NCBI GenBank assembly: GCA_038087875.1
Contig: CM075988.1
Location: 4,030,001 to 4,094,000, forward strand
Length of the DNA stretch: 64,000 bases
Direction: 5' to 3'
Source of the DNA: Malacoraja senta
Lineage: Eukaryota
Shown here: positions 1 to 11,059 of the stretch, piece after piece
How the letters are laid out: each line of letters starts with the position of its first letter
Numbering within the stretch: position 1 is the first letter of the stretch
Translations under genes and position numbers: made by a program
The notes under the pieces: generated by a model
What the model was told of the DNA's origin: nothing
Seen by the model: only the letters and a program-made list of their open reading frames with translations
Databases searched by the model: none

Positions 1-55
1 GGGGGAGAGAGGGGGGAGAGAGGGAGAGGGAGAGGGAGAGGGAGAGGGGGAGGGG

Positions 56-86
<31 letters not shown>

Positions 87-307
87 AGAGGGAGAGGGAG
101 AGAGGGAGGGAGGGAGGAGGGAGGGAGGGAGGGAGGGAGGGAGAGGGAGAGGGAGAGGAGAGGGAGGGAGGGAGGGAGGGAGGGAGGGAGGGAGGGAGGG
201 AGGGGGAGAGGGAGGGAGGGAGGGAGGGAGGGAGGGAGGGAGAGAGGGAGGGAGGGAGGGAGGGAGGGAGGGAGGGAGGGAGAGAGGGAGAGAGGGAGAG
301 AGGGAGA

Positions 308-373
<66 letters not shown>
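1..373. repeat. Polypurine microsatellite (GGGA)n/(GA)n
   Basis: Pure G/A tract seen directly. Confidence 0.98.
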
Positions 374-375
<2 letters not shown>

Positions 376-589
376 AACCCTGAAGAGGTAAACAAATCCA
401 ATATATGAACCACGTATACATATCTTCAGTGTTATATATGAAGTGTAACACCAAATTATAACAAAGCATAATACAGAGCATAATCTGACTACCAGTCACA
501 CGTGAAACAACACCAAATCACCCTATCTGTATGTGCCGTTAGAGTAGACATATGATCACTGCAAACGAGGAAAAGAAGGGGGAACTCAC

Positions 590-607
590 CAAGTCTACTT
601 TTGCCAT
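590..607 (-). CDS. Candidate short first coding exon (MAKVDL) of an unidentified gene running off the left edge
   Basis: Minus strand reads tccATGGCAAAAGTAGACTTG|gtgagt: ATG with +4 G and a consensus donor at 584-589, in unique sequence. No homology recognised. Confidence 0.25.
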
Positions 608-647
608 GGATATTTCTTGCTGCTCACCATACAACTGATGCGCATAA

Positions 648-1514
648 GTCAAGTCAAGTCACATTTATTTATGTAGCACATTTAAAAAACAACTCTCGTT
701 GGCCAAAGTGCTTTACATTTGTTATAAGAATAACACAACAAAACAAACTACATACATATATACATGTAGCCCTCACTCAGAGGACGTCAGGAAATGCTTG
801 GGAGTATAGATAAGTCTTTAGTCTTGACTTAAAGGAGTCGATGGAGGGGGCAGTTCTGATGGGAAGGGGGATGCTGTTCCACAGTCTAGGGGCTGCAACC
901 ACAAAGGCGCGGTCGCCCCTGAGCGTATGCCTAGACCGTGGGATATTCAGCAACCCCAAGTCGGCCGATCTGAGGGGCCGGGAGGTGGAGTGGTGGGTGA
1001 GAAGACTTTTTATGTAGGTGGGGGCAAGCCCATTGAGGGCTTTGTAGACATGGAGGAGGATCTTGAAGTTTATACGGAACCGCACAGGGAGCCAGTGGAG
1101 AGAGGCCAGGATCGGGGTGATGTGGTCCCTTTTTCGGGTGCCCGTCAGGAGTCTCGCTGCGGCGTTTTGGACCAGTTGGAGGCGGGACAGGGAAGATTGG
1201 CTGATGCCAGTGTAAAGGGAGTTGCAGTAATCTAGGCGGGAGGAGATGAATGTGTGGATGATCTTTTCCAGGTCATCAAACTGGAGGAATTGTTTTATTT
1301 TAGCTATCGTCCGAAGCTGGAAGAAGCTAGCTTTTACCACGGCATTGACTTGTTTGTCAAATTTCAGCGCTGAGTCAAATATCACGCCACGGTTTTTGAC
1401 GTGAGGTTTGAGTAGTGGGGTAAGGCTTCAAAGCCTGCCTGCTATCATTTTGATTGAGTCCGAGAGGCCGAGGAGGATGACCTCAGACTTACTCTCGTTT
1501 AAGTCTCGTTCAGA
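648..1514 (-). mobile_element. 5'-truncated L2-clade LINE, young
   Basis: ORF2 C-terminus (SRLDYCNSL, LQLVQNAAARLL, HITPILASLHWLPV), (TTGAC)n tail, TSD gcataa at 642-647 and 1515-1520. Confidence 0.92.
777..1385 (-). CDS. L2 ORF2 C-terminal fragment (uninterrupted)
   Basis: 202-aa ORF with canonical L2 post-RT motifs. Confidence 0.88.
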   Translation of the reverse strand: MIFDSALKFDKQVNAVVKASFFQLRTIAKIKQFLQFDDLEKIIHTFISSRLDYCNSLYTGISQSSLSRLQLVQNAAARLLTGTRKRDHITPILASLHWLPVRFRINFKILLHVYKALNGLAPTYIKSLLTHHSTSRPLRSADLGLLNIPRSRHTLRGDRAFVVAAPRLWNSIPLPIRTAPSIDSFKSRLKTYLYSQAFPDVL

Positions 1515-1580
1515 GCATAAAGGGGGCCTGTGATTGGATGGCAGGTGAATCACTCGTGCGTGGCGTCAACACCACATGCA

Positions 1581-1606
1581 GCACGCACGCACGCACGCAC
1601 GCACGC
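1581..1606. repeat. (GCAC)n microsatellite
   Basis: Direct reading. Confidence 0.9.
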
Positions 1607-1671
1607 TGTTGTATCAGATCTAGAATCTGTCTGCAAACGAGCCCTCTGGTGATTACAGTGTAGTAGCAGTC

Positions 1672-1770
1672 AAATACGGGACAAGGGCAGTCCCATACGG
1701 GACAAACCAACATAGCCCAATATACGGGATGTCCCGGCTAATACGGGACAGTTGACAAAGAGTCCCGTAT
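1672..1770. mobile_element. DNA-transposon end remnant (hAT-like) with repeated ATACGGGAC motifs
   Basis: Several direct and inverted atacgggac/gtcccgtat motifs resembling subterminal repeats. No paired TIR found. Confidence 0.45.
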
Positions 1771-1809
1771 CAGAGTGTCAAGCCTGTCTCCGTATGCCAG
1801 CTCTATTTT

Positions 1810-2405
1810 CAGTCCTAGAAATGCAATACTGCAGTCAGTCCTAGATTTGCAAAATGCTGGAGTAACTCAGCGGGACAGGCAGAATCTTTGGATAGAAGGA
1901 ATGGGTGACGTTTCAGATCAAGACCCTTCTTCAGACTGGAGGGTCTCGACCCATAACGTCACCCATTCCTTCTCTCCAGAGATGCTGCCTGTCCCGCTGA
2001 GTTACTTCAGCATTAGTATGTGTCTATCTTCAGTATGAACCAGCATTCAATATAAACTCAGCCCTAGAGTTGCAATGTTGCAGTCACTCCCAGAGTTGCA
2101 ATGTTGCAGTTAGTCCCAGAGTTGCGATACTGCTGTCAGTCCCAGAGTTGCAATACTGTAGATAGTCCCAGAGTTGCAATACTGCAGTTAATCCCAGTTG
2201 CAATACTGCTGTCAGTCCCAGAATTACAATGCTGCAGTCAGACATGAGTTGCAATACTGCACTCAGCCCGTGTTGCAATACTTCAGTCAGTCCCAGGGTT
2301 GCAACATTCCTGTCAGCCAAAGAGTTGCCAGTCTCAGAGATGCAATGATGCATTTGGTCCTGGAATTGCAACACTGCCGTCAGTCTCAGAGACGCAAAAC
2401 TAGAG
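1810..2405. repeat. Degenerate 26-bp minisatellite (cccagagttgcaatactgcagtcagt), interrupted by a Penelope-derived cassette
   Basis: About a dozen diverged units at 2063-2400, plus units at 1810-1855. Confidence 0.85.
1851..2046. mobile_element. Penelope pLTR-derived fold-back cassette
   Basis: aaaatgctggagtaactcagcggg...cttcagact followed by its reverse complement. Confidence 0.75.
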
Positions 2406-2969
2406 TTGTGCCTGAACAAATAGTTGTTTTTTTATAAAATGGTAGACAGAAGAATAAATAAGGGGAAAGCAATGAATGCAATTCATTCAGACCTTCATAA
2501 CGTCTTTATAATGAGCCACAAACGAGGTTATTAATCTAACTAAGAGGTCACGTTATTGGGGGTGTTATACTGCATGGATTGAAGATTCACTGACAGACAG
2601 AAACATAGCAGAGGGGTAAATGGGACACAGCATGCTGGAGTAACTCAGCGGGTCAGACAGCAGCCCGAGAGAACATGGATAGGTGACGTTTAGAGTCGAT
2701 CCTCTTCCTCAGACTCTTGTGAGGAACAATGGAGGGCTGTATAGGGGGGACTGCAGGTGCTGGTTTACATCGAGATAGACACAAAATACTAGAGCAACTT
2801 AGCAGGACAGACAGCATCTCTGGAGAGAAGGATTGGGTGATGTTTCGGGTCGAGACCCTTGGGTGTTGCCTGTCCCACTGGGCTTCTCCAGCATTTTGTG
2901 TCTATCTGTAGACAGCTGGAAGAGGAGATCCCGTCTTCACGATCTCAGTCTGTTGATGATCCAGTAAAA

Positions 2970-3583
2970 CACACAAACGCCTCTACTTCATTAGAAGATA
3001 AAGAAATTCAGCGCGTCCCCCACAACTCTCACCAACTTCTACAGATGCACCACAGAAAGCAATTTATCGGGATGCATCACAGCACGGTTTGGGAACAGCT
3101 CCATCTAAAACTGCAAGAAATTGTAGAGAATTGTGGACGCAGTGTAGAACATCACACAAACCAACCTCCCTTCCATTGACTCCATCTACACTTCACGCTG
3201 CCTCGGCAAGGCCAGCAGCATAATCAAGGACCAGTCGCACCCCGTTCTCCCTTCAGGCAAGAGGTACTAAAGTGTGAAAACGCACACCTCCAGATTCAGG
3301 GACAGTTTCTACCCAGCCGTGATCAGGCAACTGAACCATCCTACAACCAACTAGAGCGTGGTCCTGACCTGCTATCTATCTCTATTAAAGACCATTGGAC
3401 TATCTTTAATCGAACTTTACTGGACTTTATCTTGCACTAAACATTATTCACGTTATTCCCTTTAACATGTATCTGTACACTGCGGACGCTCGATTGTAAT
3501 CATGTATAGTCTTTCCGCTAACTAGTTGACACGCAACAAAAAGCTAATCACTGTACCTCGGTACACATGACGATAAACTAAAC
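2970..3583 (+). mobile_element. Rex1/Babar-like LINE 3' fragment
   Basis: Degenerate C-terminal motifs (QRLYF..., SIIKD..HP, RFRDSF) and 3' tail gtacctcggtacacatgacgataaactaaac. Confidence 0.75.
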
Positions 3584-4505
3584 AAAAGTTTTGTTTCTTT
3601 TACTTTAGAGATACACCGCAGAAACGGGCCCTTCGGCCCAACGAGCCCGCACCGACCAGTAATTCCCGCACAGAACTAAACGAAGCCAAAAGCAAAGCTT
3701 GCTGCAGGGTGAGTTGTAAGGAGGGAGCAGAGAAGATCCAGGGGAATACAGAGGCTACAGAACAGGCAAGATCATGGCTGATGAAACGCAAAATGGTAAA
3801 GCGGAGTATTATTTAAATGGTGAGACATTGAAAAGCAATTAGCACGGCAATTGATAATGTGATCATTTATCACAAGAGGTTTTAAGTATATGAATAAATG
3901 TATCTTACTGCAAGGATCCTGGTGAGATAACAGTTGGAATGTTGCTTGCAGTAGAGAGAACATAGAACATAGAACATAGAACAGAACAGGAGCAGGCCCT
4001 TTGGCCCACAATGTCCGTGCCGAACATGATGCCAAGGTAAAATGTGTAGGAATGGCTTACATCGAAGATAGATAAAAGAAGTTGGGGTAACAGTGGGTCA
4101 GACAGCATCTCTGGAGAAAAGGAATAGGTGATGTTTGGGGTCTCGACTTGAAACATCACCAATTCCTTTTCTCGAGAGATACTGTCCGACCTGCTGAGTT
4201 ACTCCAGCTTTTTTAATGTCTGTCTTTTATGCCAAGAAATTAATCTAATCTGCCTGCACATGATGCATATCCATCAATTGTCTGCATATCCTTGTACCTA
4301 TCCTAATGCTTCTTAAATGCCACTGTCATATATTCCTCCACCACCACCCTGGCAGTGCGTTCCAGGCACCCGCCATTCCCTGTGTAAACATCTCCTTTAA
4401 ACTTTGCAGCACTGGTTGAAGCTATGCTCTCTAATCTTTGGCATTTCCACCCTGAGAAAAGGTTCTGACTGTCTACCCTATCTACACGTCTCATCATTTT
4501 CTAAA

Positions 4506-4721
4506 CAGGCACTTTGTGTTTTACGCAGGTGTTACTTGCTTGATTTACACGGGAGTTACGTAAATCAAAAATGTGTAAATTAAACATAGATGTGACAAGT
4601 TGTAAATTTGTGCGCGTAATTCCACAAATACCAGCGCATGAATCAAACTTTTGTACAAAAAGGACGAGTGGGTTCTTTAAAAAATGCATAAACTAAACAC
4701 ACATAAACCACAAGGCTCCTG
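4506..4721. mobile_element. Old Tc1/mariner (Tigger-like) MITE, same family as 9101-9328
   Basis: Degenerate ends caggcactttgtg...cacaaggctcctg, internal similarity to 9101-9328. Confidence 0.55.
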
Positions 4722-4759
4722 CACTTCTATCAAATGGCTCGGACATCTTCTTAGAATAT

Positions 4760-4945
4760 TGTAGGAAGGAACTGCAGATGCTGGTTTAAACCAAAAGTAG
4801 ACACAAAATGCTGGAGTAACTCAGCGGGACAGGCAGCATCTCTGGATAGAAGGAATGGGTAACGTTTCAGGTCGAGACCCTTCTTCAGTCTGAACGTCAC
4901 CCATTCCTTCTCTCAGAGTTGCTGAGTTACTCCAGCATTTTGTGT
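4760..4945. mobile_element. Penelope pLTR-derived fold-back cassette
   Basis: Inversion at cttcagtctgaacgtc; approximate flanking duplication catcttct..aatattg. Confidence 0.75.
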
Positions 4946-5040
4946 TCATCTTCTTTAAATATTGCCCCTCTCACCTTATAGCTACGCCCTCTACTCTTTG
5001 ACATTTCCACCCGAGGGACAAAAGCTCCGACTGTCTACCC

Positions 5041-5403
5041 CAGGGGTGGGGAACCTGCGGGCTTAAGGCCACATTCTAGGCCATTAAGTGCGACCTTTTG
5101 AATGAATCCAGATTTTGTAGAACAAATCCATTTATTTTTATTAATATGTTTCTGTTCATCTTTTATTATTTTTATTTTAATCTTAAAATGAAGGTATTTA
5201 AAATACCAAAGAGTAAAAGAAGTTTCAACGAAATAATCCTCCCCGACTGACGGTCACAATTAAAACATTAATAAGTCATGAGGGCTATTTTAACAAAATG
5301 ATGTACATTTTGAAGTATATCTAATTTATGTTTCTTGGATGCGGCCTTGTTAGATTACAGCTAACAATGCGGCCTTCCAACACGAGAAGGTTCGCCACCC
5401 CTG
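5041..5403. mobile_element. hAT (Charlie-like) MITE, complete
   Basis: TIR caggggtggggaacct / aggttcgccacccctg (15/16); perfect 8-bp TSD gtctaccc at 5033-5040 and 5404-5411. Confidence 0.93.
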
Positions 5404-6514
5404 GTCTACCCTGTCTACATCGCTTGTGCCTCTATACCTGTCAACATACTTGTGAGAGAGGGAGGGATTATAAAAGGCAGTAGGAGTGGGGAACACTTTA
5501 GTTATGATCTTGAAGGTTTGAAGAGTTGAATGGCATATCCTTGCTTCAGTTTGACCAGATAGTCAGGATGTTGTGATGCTACTTAATTATTGTCTAGGAC
5601 ACTAGAAGACCAATTGTCTCAATCTCTGTGATTTGTGTCACAGGACCTTATCCACCTGAAGGTGCAGAAGTGTTTTGGTTTAAAGATGGTACCTGTGATG
5701 TTGCAATTGTCCTTCAGTCGTACATGGGAGCCTCAAGGTGTGTTGGTGTATGAAATGTCCTAATTGGAATTAATATTCAGCTCCAGGACTAAATCAAAAC
5801 GACATGCACTGGGGCTGCGAACAATATTGCCATTGCAAGATTAACACCAATCTACAATTCTGGTGATGACTGTTGCATATGCGTGGTCAGCTCTTAAAGA
5901 CTCTTAAATGCCAAGTTGCAATATTGCAGCAATATTGCAGAGTTGCAGCAATTCCATCAGCTCCAGAGTTGCGACATTTCTATGAATTCAACGACTGCAG
6001 TCTTCATGGAGAGTTCTAGTGCAGAGCAAGACTCCATAGCCCACCATGAGACCATGGCTTCAGGGGGAGCCCAGTCCAGAGTCCCCCGTGGCCGATGCTG
6101 GCTTCAGGGGGAAGCCACCGTGAAGGTCCCCTGCTCATGCCCCGAAGGCCAGAGGGACCGGGAGGACAGAGCCAGTGGTGACGGACGGGAGGAGCGAGGG
6201 GTTTTCTCCAGGTGCTCCGGTTTCCTCCCACATTCCAAAGACATGCGGGCTTGGAGATTAATTGGCTTCGGTGAAAAATTGTAAATCGTCCCTAGTGTTT
6301 ATAGGATAGTGCTAGTGTATGGGGTGAATGCTGGTCGGCGTGGACTCGGTGGGCCGAAGGGCCTGTTTCCACGCTGTATCTCTAAAGTCTAAAGTCAAAA
6401 GGATTAGGCCCTACAGCCCACATCGTCTGTACCGATCATAATGCCAAGGTAAACTAGTCTCTGCCTGCGTGTGGGCCCCATCCCCCCATTCCCTGCACTT
6501 CCATGTGACCATCT

Positions 6515-6918
6515 CTTCTTAGGCCCCCTTCGGTCATGGCTGACCATGGGTGTCTCCAGGGTGCTATTCTCTATATGGAGAACGCCTGTGAGTGACTTTG
6601 TTTAACGTGGGGAGACTGGTGCACAGACAGCCACCCCCCGATCCTTGACAGATCTGGGTCAGGATCCAGTGGCATGGAGTCCAAGACGACCGGAGACCCT
6701 TTTCTGCTGCAGCCTTCATCCGCCTTCCCAGCCGTTGTGACGCTCCACTAAGGTCAGCCATCGTCCTCCGCCCGTTGAGGTCTTGGTTGGATTGCTCTTT
6801 GTCAGAGTCCTCCCCCTCGACCTTCCCACCGTGGGTGGCTCCAGACGGCATCGCTCTCAGGATCTCAGGTCCACACAAGCTTCTCCACCACAACAAGGTG
6901 AAAATTCATGGAGAACGC
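6515..6918 (-). mobile_element. Short non-autonomous RTE-derived element (5'UTR-like part joined to 3' end)
   Basis: RTE/Expander-like 5' sequence (ccttgttgtggtggagaagc...gagagcgatgccgtctggag), AAG-type tail, TSD ccatct at 6509-6514 and 6919-6924. Confidence 0.7.
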
Positions 6919-7129
6919 CCATCTAAAAGACTCTTAAATGCCACATATGTAGCTGCCTCTACTACGAGGCTTGGCAGTGCATAATTGGCCTCTATAAATG
7001 ACTCCTCGTGGAGGAGGGTGCAAGAGAATGACTGAAGGAGGGATGGAGGTGCAACGGTGTGAGTGATGAGATAACAAGGAGATGACCAGGGGAATTGGAC
7101 GGTGTAAGAGCTCTGGATTTGTTCAATGT

Positions 7130-7402
7130 AAAGTGACAGGGAACGATTTAACAGGGACCTGAGGGGTAACCTTTTCACCCAAACGGTGGTGGGTGGGTGG
7201 AACAAGCTGCCGGAGGAGGTAGTTGAGGCAGATATTATCGCAATGTTTAAGAAACATTTAGACAGGTACATGGATAGGACAGGTTTGGAGGGATATGGGC
7301 CAAATGCAGGCAGGTGGGACTGATGTAGATGGGGCACGTTGGTCAGTGTTGGCAAGTTGGACTAAAGGCCATGTTTTCATGCTGTATCACTATGACTCTA
7401 TG
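7130..7402 (+). mobile_element. CR1 (HER1-like) 3' fragment
   Basis: NLFTQTVVGGWNKLPEEVVEA motif and CR1 3'UTR. Confidence 0.85.
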
Positions 7403-8149
7403 TTGCAGGCTTCCTTCTGTGTGAAAAGGAAATATGAGGAAAATGTTATAAATTAGGCTTTTTCTGAGGCTTTGATTATTTTTTCTGTGCCGTGCCTGCT
7501 GGAATAAACAATTACTGAGCTTGCAAAGTAACCCGAGGTTAGTTGACACTTTAGAACTAACATTGAGCCTAAGAGGTGGGTTTAGAGTAGATCTCCCTGT
7601 GCTTGGGGCAGTTAGCACCCACTGTGTATGCTGTATCTCAACTTGTGCTGTCTGGAGGATTTTCAAAGACTAGTTTAGTGGGTTCTTCACAAGCTACCAT
7701 GGAATATTTCACAGCAATTGATACTGAGGTCCCTGTGGATTTAATTAGTATCTTCCTCAACCACAATAAACCAACATCTCTGAGCTTGACTTTAACACGA
7801 TCAGTGGCAGCAAACCCTTTCCTACCACTGGGAGTCTGGTTAGGCTGGAATTTTTTGCTTCATGAGGTTTCTCTTCTGTTTTCCTTCATTTTTTCTCCGC
7901 TCAAGTTTCTCTGATCTCCATGCTTAGCATTGTTTAGTTTAGAGATACAGCGTGGAAACAGGCCCTTCGGCCCATCGAGTCCATGCCGACCAACGATCCC
8001 CATGCACTAGTCCTTTCCTACACGCTAGGGACAATTCACCTATGGCGTTGTAAGGCAGCAACTCTACAGCTGTGCGACTGTGCTGCCGTGATGATAAGGT
8101 CATGAAGTCATGAATAGGAGTAGAATTAGAGTAGAAAACTCATCTTTAC

Positions 8150-8328
8150 TCTCAAGCCTTTCTTGACGTCCTCTGAGGGAGGGCTATATGTATTTACTTA
8201 TGTATGTACTTCATCTATAAACCACCGTTGTATAACGTTAGTACCTCCACCAATGTAAAGCACTTTGGCCAATGAGAGATGTTTTTTAAATGTGCTATAG
8301 AAATAAATGTGACTTGACTTGACTTGAC
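8150..8328 (+). mobile_element. L2 3' end, same family as 648-1514
   Basis: gacgtcctctgag...aataaatgtgacttgacttgac matches the 3'UTR of the first copy. Confidence 0.85.
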
Positions 8329-8370
8329 ATCCTTGGCAGCGCATTCCAGACACCCACCATTCTTTGTGTA

Positions 8371-8690
8371 AACATAGAAACATAGAAAATAGGTGCAGGA
8401 GTAGGAGTAGGCCATTCGGCCCTTCGAGCCTGCACCGCCATTCAATATGATCATGGCTGATCATCCAACTCAGTATCCTGTACCTGCCTTCTCTCCATAC
8501 CCCCTGATCCCTTTAGCCACAAGGGCCACATCTAACTCACTCTTAAATATAGCCAATGAACTGGCCTCAACTACCCTCTGTGGCAGAGAATTCCACAGAT
8601 TCACCACTCTCTGTATGATTTTTTTTTTTCTCATCTCGGTCCTAAAAGATTTCCCCCTTATCCTTAAACTGTGACCCCTTGTCCTGGACA
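8371..8690 (-). mobile_element. CR1 3' fragment, young subfamily
   Basis: SRTRGHSLRIRG...QRVVNLWNSLPQ; (TTTCTATG)n tail. Confidence 0.9.
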
Positions 8691-8800
8691 ACATGCCCTG
8701 CACATTTCTTTTCAACTTTGCATCTCCCACCTTGAAGCTATTCCCACTAATCTTTGATATTTCCATGCTGGGAAAAAGGTTCTGACTGTCTACCCTATCT

Positions 8801-9068
8801 ATCATCATCATCGTCGTTGAAAACATCAACGGGCACAGTGCCTTACAATGCTGTGTACGACAGAGATCGCAACTTCGACTGAAGTGTGGATAGCCGTTGA
8901 CTCGCTAGAAGCTCATCCACCCTTTGACGGGCCTTGTTCTTGGTCCTGCTGGGGTCCACAGCCCCCTCCTCACCTGGCAAACCAGGTGGGGGAGACGGTT
9001 TAGTCGTCGACCATCTGACCATGGAGCAGGTAGCACGGGATTACATGGTACCCGCGACGGGGAGAACT
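8801..9068 (-). mobile_element. Short non-coding retroelement with (GAT)n tail (RTE-like SINE)
   Basis: 8-bp TSD ccctatct at 8793-8800 and 9069-9076; (ATC)n at the left end; no ORF. Confidence 0.7.
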
Positions 9069-9100
9069 CCCTATCTGTATACCTCTCATAGTTTTAAACA

Positions 9101-9328
9101 CAGGCACCTTGCATTTAACGCAGGGGTTAAGTACATGACTTATGTGGCGGTGACCTCATTCAAAAATCTGTAACCGAACCATATATGCATCTGCAATGTC
9201 AGCAGTCGAGTTGCGCATGTTGTTCGAAAAATACCAGTGCTAAAATCAAGTTATTGCATTCATTAGAGGACCAAGTGTGTCATTTCAAAAATGCATACAC
9301 TAAGCAGGTGTAGAATGCAAGGTGCCTG
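9101..9328. mobile_element. Tc1/mariner (Tigger-like) MITE
   Basis: Perfect 15-bp TIR caggcaccttgcatt / aatgcaaggtgcctg; TA on the right flank, CA on the left. Confidence 0.8.
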
Positions 9329-9910
9329 TACTGCCATCAGGCTCCCTGCTGCCTCTGACACACCAGTGGAAACAATCCCAGAGTGAAAGCCTTCCTTTCT
9401 CCAGCGATAATTCCCCAATGCATTTGGAGAAGACATAAGCGTGACAGAAACCGTGCAGATAGATTGGTAAAAAGTGGCATTGATGGATTGGAAAAAGAAC
9501 TTTGCAAGATAAAGTGGAAAGCATTATTGGCAAACAAGGACATAGAACATCGACAGGAAGCTTTTAAACCCATGTCAACAATGTGCAGGAAGAAAATATA
9601 TTCTATTAGAGGAGGATAGAACTATGTAAACAGTTTGGGAAGCCGTGATTGAATATTGACGTAAATCAAGTCAAGTCGGGTCAAGTCAAGTTTATTGCCG
9701 TACACAAGTACGGTGAATAAGGGTGAAGCTCTTGCATTGACTAATGTTGAGGAAAGTGGAAGATCTCAGGCGCATGGAGCCAAATTACTGCTTCCTGAAT
9801 CACCCGCACATTTAGAGAAAGAGCAGATGTAATTTTCACAACAATATATGCTTTTTTGTTGCATCATAAAAGCCTTTGGCTTGATTTAAGAGGGACTCGA
9901 CTACTCTGCT

Positions 9911-10220
9911 GGGCGGCACAGTGGTGCAGCGGTAGAGCTGCTGCCTCACACCTCCCAAGACCCGGGTTTGATCCTGACTACGGGTGCTTGTCTGTACGGA
10001 GTTGTACATTCTCCCCGTCATCTGCCTGAGTTTTCTCCGAGATCTTTGATTTCCTCCCACACTCCAAAGCCGTACAAGGTTTGTAGGTTAATTGGCTTGG
10101 TCTAAATGTAAATTGTCCCTAGTGTGTGTAGGGTAGTGTTAATGTGCGGGGATCGCTGGTCGTTGCAGACTCGCTGGGCCGAAGGGCCAGTTTCCACTCT
10201 GTATCTCTAAACTAAACTAA
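9911..10220 (+). mobile_element. Full-length HE1-like tRNA-derived V-SINE
   Basis: A-box/B-box head, V-domain (ttcctcccacactccaaag), CR1-like tail with (CTAAA)n. About 20 further full or partial copies, e.g. 22293-22594, 23570-23870, 29446-29735, 37125-37435, 39440-39765, 40705-41005, 56400-56860, 56995-57315, 58150-58405, 61540-61830. Confidence 0.9.
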
Positions 10221-10244
10221 TAAACCAAAAAAGTGAGTGAGTCC

Positions 10245-10565
10245 CACCGCAAATTGGAGGAGCAGCACCTTATATTTCACGGGCAGTTTACACCCCAGCA
10301 GTATGAACATTGACCTCCAATTTCAGGTAGTCCTTGCTTTCTCCCTCCTTCCCCTCCCCTTCTCAGCTCTCCCACAGCCCACTGTCTCCGCCTCTTCCTT
10401 TCTTCTTCCCGCCCCCCCCACCACCTCCACATCAGTCTGAAGAAGGGTCTCGACCCAAACCCGACACCTGTTCCTTCGCTCCATAGAAGCTGCCTCACCC
10501 GCTGAGTTTCTCCAGCATTTTTGTCTACCTTCGATTTTTCCAACATCTGCAGTCCCTTCTTACTC
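10245..10565 (+). mobile_element. Penelope-like element 3' end and pLTR
   Basis: RKLEEQHLIF..GSLHPS.MNID coding end followed by the pLTR. Confidence 0.85.
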
Positions 10566-11059
10566 TCAAAAACTAGATTGGTTGGCAAGTCAAACTAACC
10601 AATACCAGCAACCTGTCCCAGACCAACATGCCAGCACTGAGGCACCATTGCATGTTCTCTTGCTGGAGAACATGCGTGAACGAGATCAACATCAGATTCT
10701 TACAACAGAACTCTGCTAAGCCAAGAAATTACTCAGTGAACAGGGAAAAGAACCCAAGGATAGTCAGCAAAGATTCTTGAACATCCTTTTTATCTTGGAA
10801 GAGGGGTATGTAGGATAGTGCTGAGCCTGAGTCCATGCATAAGGGGTAGGGAGAAGCTCAGAGTATATGGCGGGACTATACCGCCCATAAACTAGCACCA
10901 TGCACAGTGAGGGCCTCGTAGAAGCTTGTGTAGAAAGGAACTGCAGAAGCTGGTTTAAACCGAAGATAGACACAAAAAACTGGAGTAACTCAGCGGGACA
11001 GACAGTATCTCGGGAGAGAAGGACTTGGACAACAAAAATTCATAGGTCAGGCTGTTATT

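Noticed and set aside
2063..2437. Repetitive ORFs or a repeat-spacer array
   Set aside because: The 26-bp period is not a multiple of 3 and there are no spacers; the ORFs are by-products of a minisatellite
9400..9620. Exon-like segment after a pyrimidine tract and AG
   Set aside because: The translation resembles decayed CR1 ORF2 (DGLEKELCKIKWKALL...EAFK) and there is no good donor
9911..9985. tRNA gene
   Set aside because: It is the tRNA-derived head of a SINE continuing into the V-domain; there is no full cloverleaf
10590..10800. Possible coding exon
   Set aside because: Looks like an ancient RTE ORF remnant, as does about 59130-59285
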